Source: a virus. From it: a DNA stretch of 64,000 nucleotides. This document shows positions 20,101 through 29,420 of the stretch, piece after piece (positions within the stretch are counted from its first letter, which is position 1; each line of letters starts with the position of its first letter). The stretch lies in IMG/VR virus record IMGVR_UViG_3300022682_000016, positions 26,313 through 90,312 of that record. One strand, 5' to 3'. The position numbers were made by a program, and so were the translations under genes. Under the pieces are notes generated by a model. It was not told where the DNA came from. It saw nothing but the letters and a program-made list of their open reading frames with translations, and ran no database searches.

Positions 20101-23100
20101 GTATTACCAATATGAAAGTCTCCATCGCCCGTCATCGTGATGGATCCGTCTAACGTTATTATGTCAGTTCCATCGATTGTTATATCGCTTACCGTTGTAA
20201 TTATTTGTCCGTTTTGGTCAAAGTCACCTGAATCTACTTCTAAAGTGTTTGCTGAAAATGCGTCTTGTAAGGTTATTCCTCCACCAGTATTATTTACTAA
20301 AGCAGTGTATAGAGATTGACCGAACATTGTTATGTCTTGATTAGTGGTTCCATCAAAAGTAACTGACGATGATCCAGAAGTAAGCGTGGTGATAGAACCT
20401 ATTGTCAAATCTCCTTCTACAGTCCATGTCGATGTCTGAAGGTTTATATCTAACGCAGTACCTGTCGATGCACCTAAAGTAGCAACAACAGTATCAACGG
20501 TAGAGGAGCCAAAGTTCACTTCTAATTCACCGCCAGCACCTTCGTTGTATATATCTATTTCTGAGGATGCTGTTAGGTTATAATTGTTTGTATTTACAGT
20601 AACTTTATGGCTATAGGCTGATATTCTAATATCAGGAGCTGTGATATTACCTGCTAGACTGTATGTGGGACCTCCTGACCCAAACCATTGTCTTAGATAC
20701 AGCCCATTAGTAGATGTCCCAGAAAATGTACATGCAGGTACACTTATTGTATCCCCACCTGACCCAAAATAACTAAGTATTAATCTTTTACCCCCATTAA
20801 TAGTGGCCGAAGGATCAATAGTCACTGTCGTAGTAGAGATAGTCCTTACAATTAGATCCGTAGTTATTGTAAGTGTTCCAGATCCTACCGTAAGATCAAC
20901 AGACACCCCCAAATTGTTACTTCCAGTATTTGTGGTAGTCTTTCCAGAGGCAGAACAGGTTATAGAGGCAAACCGTAAGCCAGCATCGTCTATGTCAAGA
21001 TTTCCAGTTCCTTGTAAATCAAGATCACAAGCTGTTAAATCAGAAGCTGCATCTGTTCCCGTTCCTATATGGAAATCACCATCAGCATCTAAAGTTAGAG
21101 CCGCATCTAGTGTAAGAACTCCTGTACCGTCATAGCTAAAGGAACCGGATACGTCTAATGTCTGGCCATTCTGATCAAAAGCTCCAGAATAGTTTGCGTC
21201 TGCTGTTAGTGATAAACAAACAGCTGATGTCGATAAGGTGCAATTTTCTGCACCACTATTAGTATCGAAATATACTGAGTCAGATGCTGTTGGGACACCT
21301 GCACCACCAGAACCCCCAGAAGTAGTTGCCCAATTGTTAGCATTGTCCCAATCGTTATCAGTATCATCATTTACCCAGTATCTTTCTAATGTATCAGAAG
21401 ATGAGGATGATGAGAAAGAAGATGTAGATTCACTAGAACTTGAACAAGAACTAAAACTGGAGCTAGAACTAGAACTTGAACAAGAACTAAAACTGGAGCT
21501 ACTACTAGAGCTAGAACTAGAAGAGGCTCCGGGACCAAAATCCCAATTAAGGTTTGACCCCGAATTAGTACTAGTTCCGTCTGTAGCATCAATGGTAACA
21601 CCACCAAATGCATCTGATAACTGAACATCTACATATGAAACCGCCATATCACCACCCCCACCTGGGGAGTTGGTGACTATAAGATTCCAATGAGTAGCTC
21701 CCGAAGCTCTAAGAACTATTATATCACTAGAAGCACCTATCCAATCCAATACATCTGCTTCTACAGTAATACCAGATGTAAATGTCACAGTAGCGAAAGG
21801 TCTAATATAAAAAGTATCACTAATCACAACATCACCAGTAATGTTCATATCCGGAGTGCTATCGTCACCGAGACTAAGCTTATATATTGTCTCACCATTA
21901 AAATCAATGTCACATGTGGTAGCAGTATCAAATAACCAAGTAACAACCGAATCAGAAATAGAAGCACCTGTCACAGTAAAATCATTTCTAATTGTTATTG
22001 TACCTCCATTAGCTGTTGTAAATGTGCCACTAGACAATGTAGACGCACCTGACAATCTGAGATCTGCACCTGATAGGCTAAAAGCCGCTCCTGAAAGATT
22101 AAGTGTATCCTCAAATGCAACAAATTCCTCCATAAAAAATGTACCGCCATTAAGTACGGCAGCCCCACTAACATATAATGGAGCATTACGATTAGAAAAA
22201 GTTCCTGAAGTAAGTGTTAAATTATCGCATCTATAATTAGTTGCGGAAGAATATCCATATACGGTAGAGCTACCTGCATCTATTTCTATATTACCTATAC
22301 TAACAATAAATCCATCAGGGAGATCAAATACTTGAATTCCGGATACAGGACCAAATACTATTAAACCAGAAGCATTCTTTGTAAAGTATGCGCCTGCTAT
22401 TGTAAAGGCTGAGTCAGCACCTATGAAATTTATTGTTTGGGCACCTTGAACAAATGACCCGCCATCAAAATCAACATCACCTTTACAAGTAATTGTGCCT
22501 GTACCTCCAGTAAAAGTACCTCCTGTAATGCGAAAACCTTCTGATGTCTTACCGTCAAAAATCCATGCTGCATTTCCTTGAGTTACAGATCCACCAGAAA
22601 GTAGAAATTTATATGTACTACCCCAAGTTATTGTAGAAGTTCCCCCAGTTCCTGATGAAGAGTTAAAAGATCCATTTGAACCTAACTCACTATATTGTGT
22701 ATCATGAGTAGTTGTAAAGTCGTATCCGTCCGTAACCCATGCTATGGTAGACCCAGAAGGTCCACATGTTAACGAGTCAAGTGTTACATTTTCACTTTGT
22801 GTAAGAGTAAATGTACCTGTACCACTGGCTGAATTTGACATTCTAACATGATTAGATAAACCAGAAACAAACCCTAAAATAGTGCCACTACCAGCTGCTG
22901 AGTTTTGAATTACTACATCCAAAGAACTATTTGTAATGTCCGAACCTGTTACAAAGTCTATTATGGTACCTTTAGATCCGGATCCTACAAAAGTAAGATT
23001 AACAATGTTAGTGTTATTAAAAGTACCACCATTAAGTACAAATGAATTAGAGAAATTAGTATTTGTAAACACTTCACAAGTGTAGCCAGAGTCTGCTATT

Positions 23101-24794
23101 TTAATGTCATAAAATGTACCACTAACAGAAAGTAGTGCTGAACGTTTAGCATATAAAGTTCCTGTTTCAGGAGTTACTGTACAACTAATATCCAAAGCAC
23201 TTCCTGCGCTGGTATTGTTTCCAGTAAGAGTACCGCTACCCATAATAAGAGTAAAACCAGCTTCTGATAAAGTAATATCACTCTCAACTGTCAAATTATT
23301 ATCATTAAGGTCCAGACTATTAGATGCACCAGCAGTATCATTTAAAGTATTACATACTCCATTAGAACTTAACGTACATGCTGGTGAATTATCGTCAAAA
23401 TACACATCGTTACTAGTTGTAGGAACACCTGCTCCTCCAGGACCGCCACTGTATGTTGACCAGTTATCCGATGTATTCCAGTCACTATCTGTATCACCTA
23501 CAAAATATCGATCATTAGGATCTGGAGAAGCAGAACTCGATGAAGAACATGAACTACTAAAACTTGAACTAGAAGAACATGAACTACTAAAACTTGAACT
23601 AGAAGAACATGAACTGAAGGAACTTGAACTATTACTACTACTAGAGGATGAGGAAGTTATAAATGTCCAGTTAGTATTATTTAGACTATTTGTACCATTA
23701 ATATCAGTAATATCATCACCAGAACTTGCGTCACTATCTTTAACGTCAACATAATACACATTGGTAGAACCAACACCATCACCTACATCTAAACTCCATT
23801 GATCTCCATCAGAATCTGATCTCAATGTTATTGGATTCCCATCGACACCTACCCAAGAAATGGCGTCAAATGTGAACGTATCTGTATTATTAAATTTACA
23901 AGAATTTCCAGGATTTAATGTAAACGTACCATCTACTCTAAACGATTCGTTAAACGTGACATCGCCCGTAGAGTCAGATGCTAATTCGAGGTCAAATATT
24001 ACCTCCCCATCACCAAAATCAATAGTAGTCGCATTTGAACCGTTATCTATAATCCACGTTTCATTTGTGTGGGTAATTGTTGAATCACTACTATTATCTA
24101 TAGTCCTAGCTGTTATAGAACCATTACCTCCCTGAAAGGTTAGGGTAGTAGATGCTCCCATAGTAAATGTATACACTACACTTAAATTGTATGTAAATGA
24201 ATTATTAAACTGAAATTCGCCAGAAACTATTGTAAAATAGTTACATAAAATATCACTACCAATATTGTATGGATCACTACCTCCCGATCGGTTAACATCT
24301 ATATTACCTAAGTTAGTACCACTAGCATCTGATATAGAATAAGCCCCATTAACTGAGTCTAATATTAATTTTCCAGATCCGCTAGTAAAAGTTGCATTTT
24401 CACCAATAGATACATTTCCCTTACATGTTGCTTGAGCGTTTCCCTGTATATACGTGACATCTACGCTATTACCAATACTTAGTAGAGAGTTATATGTTAT
24501 TGTTGAAGTACCTCCAGTTCCCGAATTAGAATCAAATGTACCTGCTGTTTGGGCAAAGAAACCTGCTAATGTCAAATTATAGCCATCAGTAGATATTGTG
24601 GCAGATGCATTTTGTATATACAGGGCATTAACAGACACATCCACATCAAAGGTACAATCGTTTGTTTGATCGAAGTAAACATTGTCGCTAACACCCGGTA
24701 TACTGGCACCTCCACTACCTCCTGAAGATGTGGACCAATTACCAGTATCGTTCCATGTATTATCAACAGCACCTATAAAATATCTATCAGCCAT
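17130..24794 (-). CDS. Giant modular adhesin-like tail/virion protein (2554 aa, four beta-rich modules each followed by a poly-Ser tract)
   Basis: Four modules start RY(F/W)...W...NW...SGG.GGA..P...D.V.FD and end YV.V..S.A......GT....N.NW.F. G/T/S/N-rich beta-solenoid composition; lies in the tail cluster. Confidence 0.8.
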   Translation of the reverse strand: MADRYFIGAVDNTWNDTGNWSTSSGGSGGASIPGVSDNVYFDQTNDCTFDVDVSVNALYIQNASATISTDGYNLTLAGFFAQTAGTFDSNSGTGGTSTITYNSLLSIGNSVDVTYIQGNAQATCKGNVSIGENATFTSGSGKLILDSVNGAYSISDASGTNLGNIDVNRSGGSDPYNIGSDILCNYFTIVSGEFQFNNSFTYNLSVVYTFTMGASTTLTFQGGNGSITARTIDNSSDSTITHTNETWIIDNGSNATTIDFGDGEVIFDLELASDSTGDVTFNESFRVDGTFTLNPGNSCKFNNTDTFTFDAISWVGVDGNPITLRSDSDGDQWSLDVGDGVGSTNVYYVDVKDSDASSGDDITDINGTNSLNNTNWTFITSSSSSSSNSSSSFSSCSSSSSFSSSCSSSSSFSSSCSSSSSASPDPNDRYFVGDTDSDWNTSDNWSTYSGGPGGAGVPTTSNDVYFDDNSPACTLSSNGVCNTLNDTAGASNSLDLNDNNLTVESDITLSEAGFTLIMGSGTLTGNNTSAGSALDISCTVTPETGTLYAKRSALLSVSGTFYDIKIADSGYTCEVFTNTNFSNSFVLNGGTFNNTNIVNLTFVGSGSKGTIIDFVTGSDITNSSLDVVIQNSAAGSGTILGFVSGLSNHVRMSNSASGTGTFTLTQSENVTLDSLTCGPSGSTIAWVTDGYDFTTTHDTQYSELGSNGSFNSSSGTGGTSTITWGSTYKFLLSGGSVTQGNAAWIFDGKTSEGFRITGGTFTGGTGTITCKGDVDFDGGSFVQGAQTINFIGADSAFTIAGAYFTKNASGLIVFGPVSGIQVFDLPDGFIVSIGNIEIDAGSSTVYGYSSATNYRCDNLTLTSGTFSNRNAPLYVSGAAVLNGGTFFMEEFVAFEDTLNLSGAAFSLSGADLRLSGASTLSSGTFTTANGGTITIRNDFTVTGASISDSVVTWLFDTATTCDIDFNGETIYKLSLGDDSTPDMNITGDVVISDTFYIRPFATVTFTSGITVEADVLDWIGASSDIIVLRASGATHWNLIVTNSPGGGGDMAVSYVDVQLSDAFGGVTIDATDGTSTNSGSNLNWDFGPGASSSSSSSSSSSFSSCSSSSSSSSFSSCSSSSESTSSFSSSSSSDTLERYWVNDDTDNDWDNANNWATTSGGSGGAGVPTASDSVYFDTNSGAENCTLSTSAVCLSLTADANYSGAFDQNGQTLDVSGSFSYDGTGVLTLDAALTLDADGDFHIGTGTDAASDLTACDLDLQGTGNLDIDDAGLRFASITCSASGKTTTNTGSNNLGVSVDLTVGSGTLTITTDLIVRTISTTTVTIDPSATINGGKRLILSYFGSGGDTISVPACTFSGTSTNGLYLRQWFGSGGPTYSLAGNITAPDIRISAYSHKVTVNTNNYNLTASSEIDIYNEGAGGELEVNFGSSTVDTVVATLGASTGTALDINLQTSTWTVEGDLTIGSITTLTSGSSSVTFDGTTNQDITMFGQSLYTALVNNTGGGITLQDAFSANTLEVDSGDFDQNGQIITTVSDITIDGTDIITLDGSITMTGDGDFHIGNTISSLAVTGCNLDLQGTGNLDIDKATNNSNKFNNVTCGYAGKTTTVTGTASLYIGGVCTIASATGELNMAGNATTLILTGTGTPFVSNNGLLSHTGYKTINFYTTSAGSVNIDVPNTTTGVIIYVGSAIAGTVTYTLVDDIGEGTAPIWYLTINNQINNASCVTEFNTGNYNITTGYSINDYAGQALSTKTSNYGSSTITTSRYIQLNNGTANINFQTSIWNISTAFTMVNTGTTTVDPGTSQITFTGSAPTLTSAGNTLYDVIFNHTGTAVIADTAHFNRWLIEPGKAIDVTAGETVQIDAYTAGDIDGTSGNLVTLNSTTPGSEWFYDNPAGMTVSYVAVQDSTATNEVDASDGTNVDGTGNTNWDFVGSSSSSSSSSSISSISSSSSSSSSESVGSCSSSSSNSSSSSSSSESTSSCSSSSSFSSSSCSSSSSNSSSSSSSSESVSSSSSSSSESNSSCSSSSTSTSPSSSSSSSQSPTGALYYVSDGTYPTWNDPLNWSVVSGGSGGAGVPTISDDVIFDSNSTRDCPIHSDANCNSITFSSYSQTLNINGRTLTVEDASSIVGGSVNISSGTIVIKESSTIRPTTVTTGGTWRFPLTSSITIKADRDTNLGVVSITGGSSYTFNVDEDVSNGGLKATTLSSTANITSTANAYLDATNWDLDNCTLTAGSNVYFRGGATFDTVSVGITGTFIIAANGSYDFDNSVFPNIQSLTGGELSISFTSAFSTFGLMTLREGDTVSFSNSGTFNFNVISWDGASGNLLTLQTLGSGSWNLDIDESSPSVTYVDVSNSNASFGSAVDASDGTSVDGGSNTNWIFPSSSSSSSSSSESSSSESSGLSCSSSSSSESSSSSFSSCSSSSMSESSCSSSSCSSSESPSSSSSCSSSLSSSSSSFSSCSSSSVSGSSFTALERTVTEAAVEEGVVFIPDSKIEDFLHDPFKGVPRFVFNRGYALSQDDMTAYEELTRNAIGNHFTGLMKYPGIVDRR
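18763..18945. repeat. Three copies of a 30-bp repeat inside a poly-Ser tract
   Basis: CTTTCAGAAGATGATGAACTACTGGATGAA at 18763, 18856 and 18916. Confidence 0.85.
21432..21501. repeat. 36-bp-period tandem repeat in a poly-Ser tract
   Basis: ACTAGAACTTGAACAAGAACTAAAACTGGAGCTA at 21432 and 21468. Confidence 0.85.
23542..23615. repeat. 30-bp tandem repeat (about 2.5 copies) encoding SSSFSSSCSS units
   Basis: GAAGAACATGAACTACTAAAACTTGAACTA x2 plus a partial copy. Confidence 0.85.
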
Positions 24795-24806
24795 AATTTA
24801 CTACTC

Positions 24807-25364
24807 CTAAGAACCGTCTCTCATTTTTAGGTACGGTGAACGATTCTCTGTTTGATCAACTTCGTAACTAACACCCGATATTGTTAATTTAGCAATAACT
24901 AATCCATCCCCACCACTGGGGTATATCTTCCCAGCAGAGTTTGTAGATATTGAAAGGTCTACAAAAAACTCAAGTCCAATAGCAGTTTCTACAGCTAAAC
25001 GCTCACCTGTATAAGGATGTATCCTGTAATCAATATTTTTAGGATAAGCCTTAACACATAAGTATCCTGAAGTATAACCTGTACCAGAAGCGGGGAATGA
25101 TAATTTATATGCAGAAGATGCTGGATGATACAACCTCCTCCCCTGCTGATCAAAACCAACACCTTGAGATATTGTTATAGACTGACCAGTAATGTTACCG
25201 ACAACCATGCCAAAAGCAAACCCCGGATTCTCTATAAAATCTTTTGTCCTGTCAGCAAGTTCGGTATTAAAGTACTGTGCTAAAGCATTTAGCATATCCG
25301 CAGTAACATCATAACCATGATGAAAATTTATTGTTGATATTTGTCTAGTATTTTCTAAAACCAT
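24807..25364 (-). CDS. Baseplate/tail-fibre attachment protein
   Basis: F..GY....D.L....Y...PG..FG..V...ISQGVGFDQQGRRL, a motif typical of myophage/eCIS baseplate-fibre proteins. Confidence 0.6.
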   Translation of the reverse strand: MVLENTRQISTINFHHGYDVTADMLNALAQYFNTELADRTKDFIENPGFAFGMVVGNITGQSITISQGVGFDQQGRRLYHPASSAYKLSFPASGTGYTSGYLCVKAYPKNIDYRIHPYTGERLAVETAIGLEFFVDLSISTNSAGKIYPSGGDGLVIAKLTISGVSYEVDQTENRSPYLKMRDGS

Positions 25365-25366
25365 AA

Positions 25367-28300
25367 TTACACCCTTTTGAGAAATTTATGGTATAAATGT
25401 CCAAATCTATACGGCTTGTCTTCTGGTTGATATTTAAAGACGTCTACCAAACCATTATACCTTCTAATATTCTTTATAGCATCACTCAAAACACCTAAGT
25501 TGAAATCAGAGTATTCATCCTGTGTTGAATCTCCAGAAATATCAACAAAATTACCGGTAGAAGCCATTGGCAACATGACTTCAGTCTTATATAAGTAGTC
25601 ATTCTCTATTTGTGAAAACAGTCCGTTACCTATACGATTACAGCCTTCTAAATCATAAACACTGTCACTGTCACTAACAGCCCTCCCTAACAATATGTAA
25701 TCATATTGATATTGGTAAGTAACAATAACGTCTCCTATTGTAGATACACTGTCAGAAGCATTAAGGTTTATAATATCTAATGAATTAGTATCCCGTTCAG
25801 CAAAATTATTAAGAGTTCCAGATGCTGTAGACACAAATTTAGGGGCAATACCATCCGAGTCTTCATCCTCAGTCATATAGGATGGGTATTCAGAAGGTGC
25901 TGTGGCAGGCGTTGTCTGAACACCTGTGTGATAAACTCTTATAATAGATCCTGATGTAGGAACTCTTGAAAGTTTTACATATTTATCCCCAGAATAACTT
26001 ATAGAGGATATGGTGGCTGTCACAGTCTCATCAGACAATAATCTAATAGTTTCTCCAACAGAAAAACTTTTAAGCTGCATAGAAACATTTAAAGTTTTAT
26101 TAGTTACAGATGATAGTTCACCAACAGCTTTTGAAGTTTCACCATATAACTTAACACCAAATGTAAATTCAGCTGGCGGTGCAGAAGATAGTATTAATGA
26201 AACATTTGATGAGTACTTAATGTCCTCTTGATAAATTCGCTCATGAACTGTTTTTATATAACTGATAGGTTCTTGAGAAGACTCTTTTACTAACAATCTC
26301 CCATATCGAGTAGTACCATCAATGTAGTAGTATTTTATAGAGTCTGGGCTAACAGTATGAAAACCTTGAGCATGTTTCTCCCAACTAATTTTAGGTTTTA
26401 GAGTAGAGTTTGTATGCCCCTTAATACTTATAAGAGATCTATTACTATAACTTTCAGCAGTTAGCATGAAGCCGGTCTCTAATATGTTCTCAGGATCTTC
26501 TCCCATATTAAGTCTGGAAACTTCATACTTATAAATATCTTGAATAATGTCTGTAACATCAATAGAAGCCCAAGCAGGTGAATCTATACTTATTTTAGGA
26601 ATATAAAACTCTTTCAAAAATACAGCATCTGAAGAAGTTTTAGCACCGTCCGTACCCCAATCTTTAGTAACCCAATCTTCTGGTATGTTGGTATATTCTT
26701 CAGTTAAGGCATCCCAAGAATATCCTCCAGAGATACTTTCCTGATCCCTATAGTTCCAACAAACTTTGGAAGTATCATACTTCTTTCTTATTCGGTATAA
26801 CCGAAGATAACCAGCTTCTGAAGAATGGTTAATAAATATCTTTAAAACTGCTCTCTTTGTCCACTCCATCTTAGAAGTGGTAAGATTTATTTTAAATAAT
26901 ATTCTCTTTTCACCAGATAATGAGATCTCAGTAGCGGCCCCATCGTAGTAACTTACCCCTTCCGAAGAATCATCTCTAGCAATTATAAGGTCATCACTCT
27001 CCATATCGTCCCAAGCATCTTTTTGTGTAGCACTGCTCGGAACAGTTCCTCCAGAAGGTGGGAAAGTTACGGTAGGGTCAATTGCAGAGATAGTGGCACT
27101 GAAATTGGCATTGTCTGTACCTGTAATTTCGTAACTGGCAGCGTCTTTAAGCTGGAAAGATTTTGAGTACATCTTTACTAAAGAGTCTTCCCAACCAATC
27201 CATGGACTGTGCATACGAAGAAGAATTCCATCATGTCCACTAATATATGGGATTAGACCTGTTCCCGGACTTCCTCCAGAGTTGTTTACAGTAACAATAG
27301 AGTTTGCTACAGAGTTCCAACTAAACAAATCAATAACATTATTAGCTGTAGTAGCTCCTCCAGAACCTAATCGAACATTGAATAGATAGGAATACGGATT
27401 TTCAGGAGAACTTCCTAAAACTTGTAAATCTCCACTAGCGTATGGGCTGTTTGAGGTATACCAGATAGTTGCCCAAAATCTATCATCATTAAGTAAGAAC
27501 TCTAAACCATTATCTGGAGTAGCTAAAGAACTACTTGGATTAACATATCCTGCATAAGGGTCGCCTGTGGATGGCATGACATACAACTTATGCTCTCTAT
27601 CAGACTTAAACCAATGTTGTTTATAGTACTCTAAAATAGTTTGAGTAGTAATACCCAAAGTGTTTTGACATGCTTGAGTAATTCCAGCCATCTTACCAAC
27701 ATTATCCTGATTAGTAAAACTGCTTTTTAGCATGTCTTTATATTTAACAAATCCCTGACTAGTTTCCTGAGCCTTTAAAGGCTGTAGTCCTAAAAGATTT
27801 CCGAAGGAATACCAAAGATCTGCCAAAGATATATCTTTTTGGTCAGACACTACCGGTTTAAAACCTTTTGTATAGATTTGAGAATAATCTATAAACTTAT
27901 CAGCAACTACTTGAAAGTATTTTTCATAAAGAGTTAAAAACTGACTGGCATATGCCATTAGAAAAGTATGGATAAGGTAGGCGTTTACATGAACAGTATC
28001 TCCAGTAGCACCAGTACTTTCTTGTATAGATGTTAGTTTGGAATGTTTTTTATCCATTAAGAAACTGATTTCTCGTTTAGAATAAAGTGCTGACGAGTCC
28101 GCAGGTTCTGTGTGAGCTACGGACCCATCAACAAAAACATTAAAACCGTCTAACATTCGACAAGTTGTTTGCCATAAATGCTCAACATTTGAGGAAAAAT
28201 GTGCAGCTTCTGTGCGATCATAAATACGAGTACCTGGAAGACCTGAGAGTAGGAACTGAAAAAACTTATTTGAATAAGTATCTCTAGGCTCAAAACCTAA

Positions 28301-28687
28301 TGAAGTCACCACCTTTGCAGCTAAAGGTACTGTATAGTTTGAAGTGTTTGTAACAACACCTAAAGCATCTAATCTAACAAACCTTATTCTGTAATAGTAC
28401 ACTGATGAAACGTCTACATCGCTATCTGTGTACTCATCCGTAGTGGCCCATTTTTGGGAAGCTACCAAGGTCCAAGTATCCAAATCAGTACTTCTATAAA
28501 CCTGAGCATACAGGTCAGATGCACTGTCACTAGTATTTCTATGTTTTGCCCAATGAATATATACCTGACCATCACTGGTAGGCACAACTGTAAAACTTTG
28601 AGGCACTATTATAGAAACTACTAAATCTGCCTCGAATAGGTAGTCTGGAAGATTTGGAGTAGCTGTTTCATATGTAAAATGAGCCAT
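25367..28687 (-). CDS. Large baseplate wedge/tail protein with FnIII-like N-terminus and DNRLRE-like domain
   Basis: VYIHW...VYRS...YTD...YYYRI (FnIII). RILFK...AVLKIF...LYRI...VCWNYR...WGTDGA (DNRLRE-like). Lies in the baseplate cluster. Confidence 0.6.
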   Translation of the reverse strand: MAHFTYETATPNLPDYLFEADLVVSIIVPQSFTVVPTSDGQVYIHWAKHRNTSDSASDLYAQVYRSTDLDTWTLVASQKWATTDEYTDSDVDVSSVYYYRIRFVRLDALGVVTNTSNYTVPLAAKVVTSLGFEPRDTYSNKFFQFLLSGLPGTRIYDRTEAAHFSSNVEHLWQTTCRMLDGFNVFVDGSVAHTEPADSSALYSKREISFLMDKKHSKLTSIQESTGATGDTVHVNAYLIHTFLMAYASQFLTLYEKYFQVVADKFIDYSQIYTKGFKPVVSDQKDISLADLWYSFGNLLGLQPLKAQETSQGFVKYKDMLKSSFTNQDNVGKMAGITQACQNTLGITTQTILEYYKQHWFKSDREHKLYVMPSTGDPYAGYVNPSSSLATPDNGLEFLLNDDRFWATIWYTSNSPYASGDLQVLGSSPENPYSYLFNVRLGSGGATTANNVIDLFSWNSVANSIVTVNNSGGSPGTGLIPYISGHDGILLRMHSPWIGWEDSLVKMYSKSFQLKDAASYEITGTDNANFSATISAIDPTVTFPPSGGTVPSSATQKDAWDDMESDDLIIARDDSSEGVSYYDGAATEISLSGEKRILFKINLTTSKMEWTKRAVLKIFINHSSEAGYLRLYRIRKKYDTSKVCWNYRDQESISGGYSWDALTEEYTNIPEDWVTKDWGTDGAKTSSDAVFLKEFYIPKISIDSPAWASIDVTDIIQDIYKYEVSRLNMGEDPENILETGFMLTAESYSNRSLISIKGHTNSTLKPKISWEKHAQGFHTVSPDSIKYYYIDGTTRYGRLLVKESSQEPISYIKTVHERIYQEDIKYSSNVSLILSSAPPAEFTFGVKLYGETSKAVGELSSVTNKTLNVSMQLKSFSVGETIRLLSDETVTATISSISYSGDKYVKLSRVPTSGSIIRVYHTGVQTTPATAPSEYPSYMTEDEDSDGIAPKFVSTASGTLNNFAERDTNSLDIINLNASDSVSTIGDVIVTYQYQYDYILLGRAVSDSDSVYDLEGCNRIGNGLFSQIENDYLYKTEVMLPMASTGNFVDISGDSTQDEYSDFNLGVLSDAIKNIRRYNGLVDVFKYQPEDKPYRFGHLYHKFLKRV

Positions 28688-28696
28688 TATGATTCC

Positions 28697-29014
28697 TTAT
28701 ACAAAATAAGCTGTCAAAATAGACCGCATACGATTTTTTTCGTCTTCCGATAAATCACTCTTATTAGCCATCTCAACCAAAACATCTTTAACCATTTTAA
28801 GAACGGCAACACGTCTATGAACAGTTAACTCTTCAGTTGTAATAGCTGCATCAATAAGAGTAGCAATATGTTCTCCAGAGCCACCCTTTCTAAATGCGTT
28901 AAAAGCATTTAATAAGAAATTATCATGGATATTAAAATCTTTAGGGTTTATAGAACTATTGTCATTAGACGAGATAATCTTGTCCAGACACTTCTTTATG
29001 TCACCAGCTTTCAT
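28697..29014 (-). CDS. Hypothetical protein
   Basis: 105 aa; SD AAGGA. Confidence 0.6.
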   Translation of the reverse strand: MKAGDIKKCLDKIISSNDNSSINPKDFNIHDNFLLNAFNAFRKGGSGEHIATLIDAAITTEELTVHRRVAVLKMVKDVLVEMANKSDLSEDEKNRMRSILTAYFV

Positions 29015-29030
29015 ATTATTCCTTTAATGT

Positions 29031-29375
29031 TTATTCCTTATTAGGAATTGTTTCGGCCTCTTTAACTTTTTCATATAGCTTCATAAGCAATCGCCCATAG
29101 GTGACAGTTGCTAATCCAGCAGAGCTATCCAAACAAGACATACAAATAGCATGCTCGCTTTCTTTAAGAATAAGTTCCGTATCAGAAAATGTAATAGACT
29201 CTCCAGGACCTTGTGGAGTATCAACAATCGATTTAGTAGCATTCTCCTCTAATTTATCCATAATAGGAGATCGCTCCCGAACATCCTGCATTGTAAGCCC
29301 TCTTTGTGGGTTACCTTGGTTAAGAGTATCGTAAAGGTTTTTAACCTCATCCTTTGTCAGTTTCACTTTTTTCAT
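29031..29375 (-). CDS. Hypothetical protein, possible fibre chaperone
   Basis: Small helical protein immediately downstream of a tail fibre; SD AAGGA. Confidence 0.5.
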   Translation of the reverse strand: MKKVKLTKDEVKNLYDTLNQGNPQRGLTMQDVRERSPIMDKLEENATKSIVDTPQGPGESITFSDTELILKESEHAICMSCLDSSAGLATVTYGRLLMKLYEKVKEAETIPNKE

Positions 29376-29420
29376 AGTTCATCCTTTTTGTTAAGTAATG
29401 TATTAGTTATAGGATTTACA

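Noticed and set aside
17314-23754. Plus-strand E/L/D-rich ORFs (e.g. 17314..17739, 18853..19089, 21238..21624, 23215..23754)
   Set aside because: They are antisense shadows of poly-Ser codons in the giant gene, with no SDs.
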